Translations under genes and position numbers: made by a program
Part shown: piece by piece, positions 37,263 to 50,149 of the stretch
Numbering within the stretch: position 1 is the first letter of the stretch
How the letters are laid out: each line of letters starts with the position of its first letter
The notes under the pieces: model-generated
What the model saw: the letters and a program-made list of their open reading frames with translations, nothing else
Told to the model about the DNA's origin: nothing
Database searches by the model: none
Assembly (NCBI GenBank): GCA_001662655.1
Contig: KV460257.1
DNA length: 64,000 bases
Source: Pseudogymnoascus verrucosus
Lineage: Eukaryota
Strand: one strand, 5' to 3'

Positions 37263-39164
37263 CGGGCTTTATAGTATAACAAACCTGCAAATCCTATCCT
37301 CCAATATATCCATCTTGTTAAACTTATTATGCTGCCCATGACATGGCCAACAAAAACCGATTCCACCCAGTAATCGAAAGCTCCCGTGTCAACTCCGAAT
37401 GGAAAGCCGACCCCGGCCTCTCAAACCTCATACATGAGTCGGATGGCTGCGTAAGCCCTTCAACCCGATGTTACGGCGTAAACAGGCTAATTGATACATC
37501 AGAGCCCAGGTGTCAACCGCTCTAACAAGGATGAGCCGTTGCCCGAGTCACACCTTGCTCAGGAGGTGGTTGATAACATCTTTGATTATTCTACGAATGG
37601 TAATGCCTATCTTCTTCTACCCACTCATGTGACAGGTAATCAACGTTTCTCGTGGGAACATGTTCCAAGGAGACGTCTTCCCATCCTCGTGAGACTACTG
37701 TTCAGGTAAGAAGTGAGATGGTACCGCAAGTTGCCGGACCGACACATTGTAAATCGGCGAGGAGCTGGCGTATCGCCATAAGTTCTGATGGATTGATAAT
37801 TTGCCCTTTGATGAATTTTGTTGCATTGTACGAATGGACGGCACTACTCACGATGGTCAAGGTCTCTATTTTCATGTGGGGCAAATAAGACTTTATGGAA
37901 AACAGCAGATAGCTGTCCTTGTCTTGAATTGTCCATGCTAAATTACCCGTTGGGACCGTTTAACGCTGATCAATCGTAAACTTCGGAAAGCATGGTGCGG
38001 ATTGGGTCGATTGATTCTGGTCAATCGAGAAATGGTGAATGGTCTCATGGTGATAAGAATGAGGCCACGCTAACGGCAAGTCGCACAAGCAATTCGCCCT
38101 CTACATCACGCTTTCATTTGTAGCTCAGGCCGAAACACCTCTTGCGTCACGAACCGATTACATCAACACTCCCAATATCCCGTCAATGTAGTACTATGTC
38201 CGCCTGCTGATGCTGTGTGTGTTGGACGTTCAGCACCTTAGACGTCTCATTGTATGCTATGCTATGTACTATGCCACTAGTGGCCCTATTCCCACTGCAC
38301 TCAATCCGAAACCTACAATAGATCGTGTTGCTGGGTGATTTTTAGTATTTTCTTACTGTTTCACCGTCTCATGATCCAACGACTACATAGCAAAAAATAT
38401 GGGTTCTAGCTAACGCGATGCCGGAGACATATATCGTAAGTCGCTTTGCCTCATAGTATGATGTGTCCAGAAAGACTTACTGTAACAAGATAACGTTTAC
38501 GGATGAAGCTACAGTCACAGGCAAGCAGCTGTATGCCTACGCCAACGATTCAGTTTGCCTATAAACAGGGCGCTAATAAGTAATGCGTACAAGGATAAAA
38601 AAGGAGGTAACCAGCGTTGGAGGCATCATAAATCATGAGCACTCGTTGATTTCTTCCATTTCGTAAGCATCCACCCAGTCACGTAAACATGAAGGTTTAT
38701 ACAAAAGAAAGATGGCCCAATTCACGGGCAATGCGCTTATTTTATCCGCAGGATTGAGCTACCTGATGGTCCAACTTATGCATTCGCAAATAACCCGTAC
38801 ATTAAATCTTGGGAGAAAACGCAAGGGCTTTGTAGTAGCAGGTAGAGATCTTGTAATATATAAAAATGTACCAGTGATTGATCATATTCCACGAGATTTG
38901 TTATCGTTCTACAGCGTACGTGGGTCGTCATCCGAGAAATCTCTCTTCTCATCAATCTCCTCGTCTCGATCTGTCACTTACTTTATCCCATTGGTTCTGC
39001 CGCTAACAAGAACCGCAATTTGAAGTAGAATGCACTGGGCCGGCGCTCTAAACAGTTACTAACTGCGGCCTAATTCCCCCTATGCATAGATAATATCCTT
39101 CTCCGACACTTACCCCAGCTTCCCTTCTGGATCATACTTATTGCTAGGTCGGAATCGAAGAGTT

Positions 39165-40176
39165 TTAATGAACAGGGTTGCGCAAGAACTCGCCATTGTC
39201 AATATTGAGGACCTCGCCGGTGACAGACCGATTTTTTGCAAGGAATAGCACGCCCTGCGCTATTTCGCTCTCAGTCCATTTCTTTTCCCCAGCCGGGTCC
39301 AACAGAGTTTGTTCCTTCGACGGCCTACCCTTATGGGCGGTACCCTCTTCCTTGTCATTGGACGGGAAGTAGCCAGGCGCAATACAGTTGACACGCACAT
39401 TGAAGTCCTTGAACTCGTACGCCATCATCTTGGACAGGTGGACGGTGGCGGCCTTGGAAGCGCTGTTGGAGAAGTAGCCACTTAGGTGGGATTTGAGGCC
39501 TGACATGGAGGCAACGACGATAACGGAGGCTTTCGCGTGCCCGTCGCTACTGCACTTCTGGAGCAGCGGCAGGAAGGCGACCGTCTAACGGCATCAGTTT
39601 AATAAGCGACAGGACGATGGGAATTAAGACATACTGTGAAGTACATGGCGGACACGTTGGTGTTAAATGTCGAAATCCATTTCATCTGGTCTTCGGCGAA
39701 CAGCATCTGCTGCAGCTCCTTGGCGTCCATTTTGGGCGCTGTGCTGCGCTCGCCTTCAGACCCCGCCGCAGTGACTAGCAGGTCGACGCCGTAGCGCTCA
39801 CGTTTCTCGATCTGTCCCACGAGGTGCATTAGATCCTCCTTGTTGGTTACGTCGCATACAATGCTGGGCTACGTCAGTGTTCTGTTGGACCAGGGACACG
39901 AATGGAGGACGGACGGTATAATTGACCCGCCTTAGGAGGCCCGGTGGCTCTCAGCTGTCTGTACGAGCGCCTCGCGGTTGCTGCTTACGATGTAGACTCG
40001 TGCGCCGTTGGCGATGAGTGCTTGGGTTGCCCTGCCTGATTTTAGAAGCAGTACGGAGCGAGGGGTTACTGCTGGTTGTACATGAGTCCTATGCCAGTTC
40101 TACCGCCGGTGACTACACAGACATATTGTTTGAACGAGAAGAGCCTGTCCCCCCTAACACTTTCTGGATATGACAT
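39165..40176 (-). pseudogene. Short-chain dehydrogenase/reductase, probably inactivated
   Basis: VCVVTGGRTGIG, CDVTNKED, VIVVASMSG, RVNCIAPGYFPS across 4 exons. In-frame TAA at about 39932; the YxxxK motif reads NSASK. Confidence 0.78.
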
Positions 40177-41064
40177 CTCAAGCTACTAGGTGACTGCCTG
40201 TATTAGAAGTGAGGATTTTGACGGCTGGTGTCCGAAGAGGCAAGATTGATAGATTATTGCTCCGTCTATTATTGCTCAGTCTACAGTAGAAATTCCTGAC
40301 AATTCCAAACAAGAATTACGTCATTAGATGCTATACTAACTGAGGGGCCGAACCTGTGGCAGTTAGCTATCGAAGTCATGATTAATTAGAAAAGTCGACT
40401 TAATTGGTCGTAAATTTAGTTGAAACGAACGAAGGCCACGGTCAGACCTCATGGTGAACCACAATTGAATACAGTTCGGAACCACTACCTTTTGAGAGAA
40501 GAAAGGCTATGCCACCACTTTATCTCCGAAGGGTCAACTTTCTCTTGCGGATATTGAAATGTGTAATGCCATTTCCGTATTACACAAAATAACTGCATAA
40601 ATAACTCCAATAACCAAGCACCCCTTTCAGACCATAGTGGAGGGCTAACTTTACTATCTTCGGAATTGGTTTCTCGCAGGCAAATCTTCTTGCTTCGCGT
40701 TCTAGTCCGAGCAACCAGGGGCTGTTTTGAGTTCTCCGGCAAGCTGATTGGGATATCCCTTTGACGCTGTAGCTGGCAACTGCTGTCACAAATTCCAAAG
40801 GAAAGCAGTAACTTACTACAAAATCTCTTATATACTAGAGATGACATTCAAATCTGCGTCAATATTCTTCGAACTGATTTTCGAAGGTATCTCATACGGA
40901 AGTGTTCGAGCGAAGTACTAGCTAAGCCCCAGAAGTTCCTAAAGTTTACTATTTACATGACGTGCCTGGGACTCGCGTTACGTATAGAGATACCGACTTC
41001 AGAGCCCCTGTAAATATTGTTGAATACTATAGTGGAAAGCTCTCTACGCTGAAGCCCTATCGTC

Positions 41065-43578
41065 TCACTTTAAACGCCAATCGGGTGGCTGGCCCCCCAG
41101 TATCAGGTTGCCTTGTGCACTGAGAGATGCACCATCGCAGCTAATCCCAATGCTGTTATAAGTTTCTCTCGTATAGACAATCTCATCTTCCGCGACTCCG
41201 AGCTCGTCCCTTGGAATCCATAGGACTAGAGGATCAGAAGTAAGAGTTTCGTCTTGACAAGGATCTTGAAATATCTTTGTTGCAACGCGCATATCTTTGC
41301 CTTTACTTCCGGTTTGAGCCGTTAGCTGCTTGAAAATGGGTCGCGAGGATAGCCAATGTAATCCACTTCTATGATCTAACGAAAAATGAAACAGTGCAGT
41401 AAAGGCCATAGTAACAATCATAATTATCGCTTGTGTAGTGCATGTGGCATTGCCGTTAGCATCGCGGAGGAGAAAGAATAGGCCAGCAAGGCATAATTCC
41501 ATAAAGTATATGCCTGTCATTAGCTAACGAATTGCTGTTAGGTAAAACAGGCCGGTAGCACTAAGATCCAAATCAGAGAGCTTTAGAGGGTAGAACCGGT
41601 ATAGAACCCAAAGCGCCCTAAAGTAGATCATGCTAAAGACTAAAATAAGAGGAGCGATGACTAAATAGATAAGTCCTATGCAGTTAGTATTATCTCAACA
41701 GTAGCTAATACAGAAAATATACCTATACACGCTATATTTGTGAAGACTAGGACAAAGGTACCCCATTTTTAAAGTCCTAGGCTCTGTCTTCTCATCTACT
41801 TTTACCTTAGAGATTTGTCAAACAAAGGAGAGAGAACAAACATGCTTATAAGTCTAGTAATCTACATAAGAGTGAAGGCGAAGGTCATAAAAGTGTGTAT
41901 CATAATATACGAGAAGAAATAATTAGACGCCTTAGGCAAATTCTAGGCAAGCAGCGTCAGTATTGCTTCAACTATATCTAGCAACTGTCCAATGATGGTG
42001 GTGATACCAGCCGACAACGAGACGGCAAGGAATACCTACACAAAAAGGAAAGAGAAGTAGTAGATCTAAACGTAGTTCTCTACCCTCTAACAAGAATGTA
42101 GTCCTTGCATATTTGCAAGAAGACGTAGTACGCTTAGAACCATAGCAGTGATGAGAGATAGTATTGCAAGGGGTAAGACTCCTTAAATAGTCGCTAGGGC
42201 CTAACTTAGGAGCGATTCTAGCCGTCTTAGCGAAGGGACAACATAAGTTAGGTATCCAATCTAAGAAAGTGAGCCTGCGATTGCTACTAGAAGTGCGAAG
42301 CCAAGCGTAAGCGAAGCAGCAAGGGAGTACACGAAAGCTGTCTAAATAATCTGTTACCACCAGCTAATCGAGACATTTGACCATATAATATCTGCAGCAG
42401 TTGTCCCTTGTTTAAACGTCTAGGACGGAGGGGCTTGCGCTTTAATCGCAAGAGCTATAGATAGCGTTGAGAGATCTTTGTTGAAACGAACAAAGGCCGA
42501 ATTCACCTTAGGGAACTCATCGAAATGCTGTTGGCTCCGCTGTATCTCAGTGTTATACCGAGCAACTTCTATACAGAAGTAATAGATTGTATTGACCTTA
42601 GCCCTAATAAACGGCAGAGAAGGCAGCCATGAAAAGGCTAGAAGTCGTGTTGATAGACAATCCTTTCAACATAGATATTTCATCCATAGCTCTAAGGAAT
42701 GGGGGTAACTTTCGTCCTTTCCATATAGCGTCTAATGATTTTTTAGACAATTTGCTTTTTATATAAGACGCGTCTCAGCAACCTCTAGATTGCTTATAAA
42801 CGCATCTCGTTGTAGTAGCTTGCAATGTAAGCTACTATAGTCTCGATTTATCAGTATACTATTAATGCCACTAGAAATGCTATGGAAGTGCCGCTAAATT
42901 TCATCAACAGAGAGCTGCTGCCCCTTTGATCTCAAAACGATGAGGAGAGATGATTCTTTAATGTTCTTTAATGCTTAAAAGATGCTTCGAAGTCTAGAAT
43001 AATCCTAGAGCTCCTGTTGAAGGGTATAGCAGACCAAAACAACTACTAATATTACAAGTAGAAGATGCGCCCAGTACTTGTCTGTGTGCGAGAGTCTTAA
43101 CGTTTAAAATACTTAGCAGATCTAACCCCTTTACACCTCTAGACGCGTTCTTGCCATAAGCGACATTTAATAGAACGAGGATAGGCATTATAATCAAGCA
43201 CAATATAATGAAAATCCTCATAATGGTATGCAAATAGCGGTTAAAGAGGTAGTTTTTAAACCTAGATGCGTGTTTTATATAGGGGTCTAGTACTAGCGAA
43301 AGAAGCATTTGTAGGGACATCAGACGTAGTTTCCATTTCGAATTAAAGACTCTATAGGCTCGCCTGTAGCTTTATTAATTAGCATTTGGTTCCTTACTAA
43401 ATAGGACCACTACGTACTAGTAGTCTGGGAATTTAAGTTAAAGTAGTATGTAAGCGGTTATACCAAACCTAAAGATTGCTCTAGAGGTTGTGAGAGATGC
43501 CAAAAAGGTGCGTAGCGATTTGCCATGATTCTTATGTGCCTTGCCTACAGCATTGTCAAGCATATCATTAACGCTCAT
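41065..43578 (-). pseudogene. CSC1/OSCA (DUF221/RSN1) channel, heavily RIP-mutated
   Basis: Starts MSVNDMLDNAVGKAHKNHGKSLRTFLASL. Also YLFNRYL..GVKGLDLLS, FPKVNSAFVRFN, LMTGIYFMELCLAGLFFL, LWIPRDELGVAEDEI. Many TAA/TAG stops. Confidence 0.85.
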
Positions 43579-43765
43579 AACTTGTATATTTAAGTAAAGA
43601 TGAAGATGAAGGAATAGAACTAGAGATTGTCCCTATATATAACTAATACTTTCGACATACGCGGCTAGCGTCAACATCTTGATGCTGATGGCCCTCCACT
43701 AATAATGCGATAATCTAATGATACTAATGAACCACCACCTAATAATGGCCGCCTTGAGCTGGAGT
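43545..43765 (-). promoter_or_regulatory. Cassette B1: upstream region plus first 11 codons of the CSC1 gene
   Basis: Matches 49455-49678 and, with a deletion of about 39 bp that removes the ATG, 45265-45416. Confidence 0.7.
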
Positions 43766-44153
43766 CATGCCATACACACAATTCTCTAGAAGAACCGCCG
43801 GATGCACATTCATTTCTAGATGATAGTAAAGTACCCAGCTCGCCCCACCACGCAACCTAATGACTAATTTACTTCCTATAACCCTCTCTAGGGTGATGCT
43901 TTAGATTTGGACACAACTCCTGTTAGAACTCGGCTAGGCACGTAGCGCAATATAAACTGCGAGATCATAATGCTGGTAGAGACAAGGAATCAATTCAAGA
44001 GCATTTATATATTATGCTATCTCTGCTGCTACATTCAAGTCCCTCCGTGCTTCCCAGAGAACCTCTTTCATCCGAGAATATAGGCCTCTATCTTCCTTCT
44101 CCATCTCCCGCCGTTTAGAGATACCAGCTTTCGTAATCGATTTAGGAATTTAG

Positions 44154-44993
44154 TTAAAAAAGTGCCTCTTCCACAGACACTTCTTCCAGAGGCTGCTCTC
44201 GCACAGGCTGAGCCACTTCCTCTTCCCTAAGCAGACTTTCGCAATCGTTATGACGCTTTGATTCGGTGCGTAACATGGTTCCTAGTATGGGATACGGATA
44301 TGGGCACATACCCATACTTAGACTTCTAGCATCGTGTATATCTCTGTAGTCGTGGAAGCGACATAGCCCACCATAGCCGATCATGGACTGCGCTTAGGCA
44401 GTCTGTACTTCTCGGAAATAATCCCAGCCAAGTTCAGCATGCTTTTCAAAGACTTTTTTCCATTTTAAGGGGTCAGTGTGTCGTCTGATCAAACTCAGGC
44501 TCACAGAGCATAGATCGCGGATAATTGAGCGAGATGGTACATTATTATAAACCGTAGAGACGTCGCGTGGCTTAAGCTCCCACCTGCCATTGAAAAATCC
44601 AGCGCGGAGAATATCTGAAGTTTGGTTCTTTAAATGACATATTATATATAGCTCGGCGAATATAGCTAGATCAAGAACAGATTCGAGAGATTCAACATTT
44701 ACGCTCGGCTCGAGGACATGTATCCAAATGAAAAAGTCTTCAAAAGTCGATATTTTCACCTCTAGCAGTTTGATGATCCACGTCTGAGATTCCTTGAATT
44801 CAGATTGACACATCCTTCCTAATGGCGGGGAATACTGCATTAACAGAGCTTCTGGAATAGAAAAGCTCTTTTCGGTAGGTCCTACGAGGATTGTAATGCG
44901 ATCACTCTGCATTGCCCTATTTAATAATTTAGAAGCATTCATATGTAAGCTATAGAATACTGACGTAATGTACGATGATATACTTTTTCCCAT
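44154..44993 (-). pseudogene. BTB/POZ domain protein with a premature stop
   Basis: ITILVGPTEKSFSIPEALL..SP..EFKES..TFEDFFIWI..LAIFAELY..LKN. TAA at 44394 is followed in frame by GGLCRFHDY. A likely 48-nt in-frame intron lies near the start. Confidence 0.75.
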
Positions 44994-45416
44994 AGTGGCG
45001 GTAGATATAAAAATAGGGATAGAGACAAGAAAAGCAATACAGCGTGGTGTAGTAGTATTTATAGAAGTCCTAGGCCTCCAGCCATGCGCAATAAACAATA
45101 TTTTCTTGAGTTGACGATTGGTGGCCTCAAAATAATGACCCCAATGATACCAATGATCCCCCTCAATATTGAGATCCGAATGATACTGATGATCCCCCTT
45201 AATAATGAGATCCACATCGACGCCTTTCATTTTAGCCTCAGGCACCAATCTCCGAAAATCGAAACTGCAGCATTGTAAAGATGAAGGCATGGAATCTGAA
45301 GATTGGCCCTAACATATAACCAATACTTCGACTTTCGCGGCTAGCGTTGATTCTGATGACCCTCCACCGAATAATCCAATCATCCGATGATACATGAACA
45401 CCACCCAATAATGGAT
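44979..45416 (-). repeat. Composite cassette B1(deleted)+B2 upstream of the BTB gene; direct repeat of 49166-49678
   Basis: Near-identical over about 430 bp, including CTATAAATA on the minus strand, an internal 36-bp duplication and the palindrome CTCAATATTGAG. Confidence 0.92.
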
Positions 45417-45656
45417 GTTTCTAAGGTGGTGAAAGCATCGTTGCGGATTGTGTGGGATGACAAGCCACCTAGGCAGGTCAAGTGTATGGCTGACTTTTCG
45501 GACCAGTCTTAGGTACCGTGGAATCAGGAGTTTGAATCTAAGAGTTAAATGTAATATGTAATGTAGGACTAGACTATATACTGACTCTCATCTCCATGAC
45601 TTAACAGACGCATAGAGAAGAAGATGACAAAGTGCCTAACAGTCCTGATTTACTTA

Positions 45657-47261
45657 CTAATACTCAGTCAGCGGTAACTTGCCAAATTTGACTAATCCCC
45701 ACTTCGCCGATAAATCGCAAAGATACGACCTGCGTTTCCCTTCGCGTTCTTGTCCGACGTAATGTTGGATCATCCATAGCAATAAGTCGTTGCAAGTTCT
45801 AGTCTTCATCCTCCATAATGCCTTTGCAATATGATATCCCTTCGCGAAGACCTCCCCCCACCTCTGTTTCCACATGGACTGCTCCCATTCCGAGTCAAAA
45901 TGGCTGATCATGTTCTTTAGCTCACCCCCTAAGTCAGCAAGTTCTTCGTATGAGACTAGCCCTTAGTGATGCGCGGCCGAGTCCCACATTGCTTAGAGCA
46001 TGACTACTACCTCATTGTGGCTCATCGTCAGTTGTACACGTTACAAATGTATCGCAATGCTAAAGGCCTCTAACCACAAGCCTATTTTGATCGCTATATC
46101 CCACATAGTCTTGAGCATTTGCACTACACCATCACAGTCGTTCTCAACTATGTTCCATGCCACAGCGAAGGCACCTTCCCATCAGCCTTTGCTATATTCC
46201 TCATGCCATGCCTTTTTTAACATGGGAATTGTCTGTTTGCCTTGTAGTGGTACTATTTCCTTCGTTGCTGTGGTAGCACTGTCCTAGTCGTATTTCTAGG
46301 CGGCCTCATCCCAGAGGGTTTGTAGTATGTGTACTACTTCGCTGTTATGGTTTCTGATTTTGAGTTATTTAGCAAGGTGTTTAGCTAGATTGAGGGCAAC
46401 CTGCCACTAGTTGTGGAAGGCTTACAGAGCAATATAATCCCACATGTTTTAAAGCGTGCTCATAAATTCCTCGTTAACATTTGAGTTATCTCTAACGGTC
46501 CCAAGTACACTTACTACTCTGTTAACCTCGCCCCACTAACCCTCTAAAATAGCGTAGCTGCAAATGATTTCCAGAATATGTACCACCGGTCGAGTATTTG
46601 CATTCGGCCTTATGAGTTTAGATGCCTAGCATAAAGCGTCTTGCCATTCATGCTCCCGTACGGCAAGATCTAGCGTCGCTTTAACCACTTCGGCTAGTTC
46701 GTCACTGTTTCTTCTTAGATAGATCTGTAATTGCTTAGACACAAAGTAGACATCTTTCCACTAGCATGTAAAGACACTCTAGCCAACTATGTCTCGCCAT
46801 CCGACAGCTACTCGGTCTCGAACCAATTGTTGCATCATGATTCCAAATTCGTCTTGTAGGAAATCTGCTGCAGTAAATGTAGCTGCCTAAGCGTCCTATA
46901 ACCTATCGACAAGAGCCCTTTAACAAAACCTTCGGAGTGGCTCCACTACATCGTAATGCTTGTTATGTAACTCTTAATCAAGTTTAACTAAGAAATCAAA
47001 GGCGTCTTTCCACCTCCTTGCAGTGCATAGGCCCTTCTAATAACTTTCAATAAGTTTTAAAGTAGATATTAGATGCTCGTTTATGCGACTAGTAATAGTG
47101 TTGCAAATGGTGTCGATATCCAATGTATGCTGACCCTGTCTACCTTCCCTAGTATAAGCGTAAAGGACTAAAGGCCACCTTTTGCTCTTAAATAACGTTT
47201 GAAATTGTTTAGAGAGCAAGGATACATACGAGAGCGTTCGTTGGTCTGAAATATTGAACAT
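45657..47261 (-). pseudogene. Intronless Trp-patterned helical-repeat protein of about 534 codons, RIP-inactivated
   Basis: ORF pieces 47261-47037 and 45911-45657 are in the same frame. The frame between them shows repeats such as VVQMLKTMWDIA..WLEAFSIA, with more than ten TAA/TAG/TGA stops. Confidence 0.65.
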
Positions 47262-48202
47262 GATCTAGAAAAGCAATTCAGTAGGCAGATTAGACAATTG
47301 AGTAGAACAAGATGAGGAGGATTCTTTCATGTTAACAGAAGTCGGCTGCTTGTGTCAGGTTACTTCGTGATCTTCAATTTCAATAGGGTTCTCTATTCAT
47401 TTTAGCAAGACTTCCGAAGTGAATACTAGGCATTCTTACCTTAACAGCCATTAGCCGGATTAGGGTGAGGGTAATTGTCACCTTAACCATATATTTTGAA
47501 GTTGAATGATGCCATAGTCTGACTGCTTTGAGGCATAAGACAAGGTTTTGGTACCAATGGCTTAATGTTGGTATCCCGTGAGCTGGAAGTAGCAGGCAAT
47601 TAGGGTCGGTATGTGGATTCGTATATTTGGTGAAATTAGCCGATTTCTCCCATTTCTAAAAACGCGAGGAGGGGGGCCTACATATATAGGGAAGAGAGGT
47701 CTACCCACCAGAGTGCCTGGCGCCCCTCCTTATGCTTTCTCCACTCTTGCGATCCGCCATTCAGGTAGCAAGATCACATTTACTAACCATCCGAGCCCAA
47801 ACCGTTACATGGTGCTCCTTAAGCGAAATTAACCCTTCATTATTTTGGAAATGATAGCTCTTACGATGTTTGCCAATAGAGGGGATTAAAGATCATAATG
47901 GATTAGCTCGATAGAAGATAAGTTCACCGAAACCTTAATATAGCTAATTAAAAATGCCTGCCAAAGGTGATCTGAGATTAGGAACCCATAATAATGTTTG
48001 AGAATAACTAGTGTATGTAAGTCTAATTTATTTGCACGGTCCGTTAATAACTCCTACATATGTCCCAATCCCATGTACAAGTTCAACCTCGAATAATTTT
48101 CACGATTATGCATCTATAACAATATGGAAGATTACGTTCCATCGGACATGAGAATACAAAATAAACCAGTCAAGCTCATTGTTCGCATATACTAGATCTT
48201 CT

Positions 48203-49180
48203 CTAATGAAACTCTTTATCGAATTTTACCTTGGACATATCAAGACGAGACAAGATACAAAGAGGCGTTAGGATCTTTGCGCTGCTCGAATAGTGGGCGA
48301 TGAAGACGTGCTAGTCAGCATTAGCAGGAATTAGAAGCATAGATTGCAAAACTAACATCGGAGAGTTCATAAGGAGCGGCCCAAGGAATTGCCTCTACAA
48401 AACTGATTGCCTCAGCCGACCACTTCCCTAATTAAGAGTTCAAAGTCTCAACCGTCTCACGCATCAATTGTAACACGAGAACCCTCAAAGAATCCATGTC
48501 TGCCGAGCTGTGGTCTTTAGGAGAAGTCACATGATCTGCAAGTATTCAGTCAATGAAATTGCATCGGTTTAAGAAGCTTACTAAGCTTGACCTCGCCGTT
48601 TATAGACAACTGAATATTTCGTGTAGATATACGGACGTGACTAAGTTTCCTTAACTAGATAAAACTTATGCCGGCCAAAACCTACTACGTTAGTAGGATA
48701 GGAGGAAGACAGTGCTCGACTTACTTGGCTGATAATATATGCTATCTCAGTCTCCGAGAAACAAATGGATTTTTGCAGTAGGTCTTCGAGGGAAAGCCCT
48801 ACATACTCAACAATAGCAGAGTATTCCCCTTTAAACAAGTATGTCTCGTAGATATTAACAAAGTTTTTATGCCGTATTAAGATGTATGGAGATTCGTTTA
48901 GAGGTGCAATGTTAAAGTCTCTAATCTCTCGCACTGCCGTTCTATCATTGCAGAGGACTAGCCTCATCCCTAAGCTAAGCTTTAAAAACGGCTCGTATAA
49001 GTCCTACGGATTGCAAGCAAATGATGGAATCTCTGTCAGTCCTGCGGACCAGAATTCTTTCTCGCAGGAGGGAGCATGTCCTAGAGACAATAGGCGAGTA
49101 GGACGAGCAATAGGACACTCTTCAAGACAATCTGCAATGGGCAATCTAGTCATCCCTACTGTCTTTGTGCTTTCTCCCAT
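48203..49180 (-). pseudogene. Divergent kinase-like protein, disrupted
   Basis: LIRHKNFVNIYETYLF..IVEYVGLSLEDLL..FSETEIAYIISQV, NIQLSINGEVKL, WSAEAISFV. Contains introns and in-frame stops (e.g. 49004). Confidence 0.7.
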
Positions 49181-49678
49181 AGTGGCAGTAAATAAAGAAT
49201 TAGAGATAAAGACAAGAAAAGCAATACAGCGTGGCGTAGTAGTATTTATAGAAGTCCTAGGCCTCCAGCCATGCGCAATAAACAATATTTTCTTGAGTTA
49301 ACGATTGGTGGCCTCAAAACAATGACCCCAATGATACCAATGATGCCCCTCAATATTGAGATCCGAATGATACTAATAATCCCCCTCGATAATGAGATCC
49401 ACATCGAATGAGATCCACGCCCTTCATTTTAGCCTCAGGCACCAATCTCCGAAACTGCAGCATTGTCAAGCATATCATTAATGCTCATAATTTGTATATT
49501 CAAATAAAGATGAAGGCATGGAATCTAAAGATTGGCCCTAACATATAACCAGTGATTTCGACTTTCGCGGCTCGCGTCAATTAGATGGCCTCAAGATCTT
49601 GATGCTAATGATCCGATGATCCGATGATCCGATGATACCAATGGACACCACCCAATAATAGCTGTCTTGAGCTGGAGT
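49166..49678 (-). repeat. Composite cassette B1+B2 upstream of the kinase-like gene
   Basis: Matches 44979-45416 and 43545-43765. Contains (GATCCGAT)x3 near 49610. Confidence 0.92.
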
Positions 49679-50149
49679 TGATTATGAATTTACCCTCAAC
49701 GATATTTAAGTACAAGCACGGAATTACTCTGTACAGCCTAGAAAAAGTTACTTTCTAGGGACCTAAATTCTATAAGAATCGTCGCAGCAGCTGGCGGAAC
49801 AATATCTATCTATTTACCTTTTGAAGTGGCTGCTTAAAAGGTTTAATATGGAGAAACCTATCACTATAAAAATTCTCATGATTCATGGTACTTGCTCTAA
49901 TCAGAAATATTTGGGTCGGGCATAGACTAACCTTGACTTTCAGGCTATAGGCAATCTGGACCGCTTCTAGACATAAAGACGTCTCGACTCCAACATGCGC
50001 TACAGGAAGCATTTACGAATCATACCAGGACATGCGAAGTTCGGTTCTGTTTTCCTACTGCTCCATGCAGAATCCTAGTGCCAAGTATACGTGAACCTAA
50101 GGAATCACCAACTAGAGGACAACTTGAGAGTCTAGATATGTAGACGTGG

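Noticed and set aside
44994..45290. N-terminal extension of the BTB ORF (GDHQYH/GDHWYH repeats)
   Set aside because: This is read-through of cassette B2; the second copy at 49180-49450 is not open in the same way.
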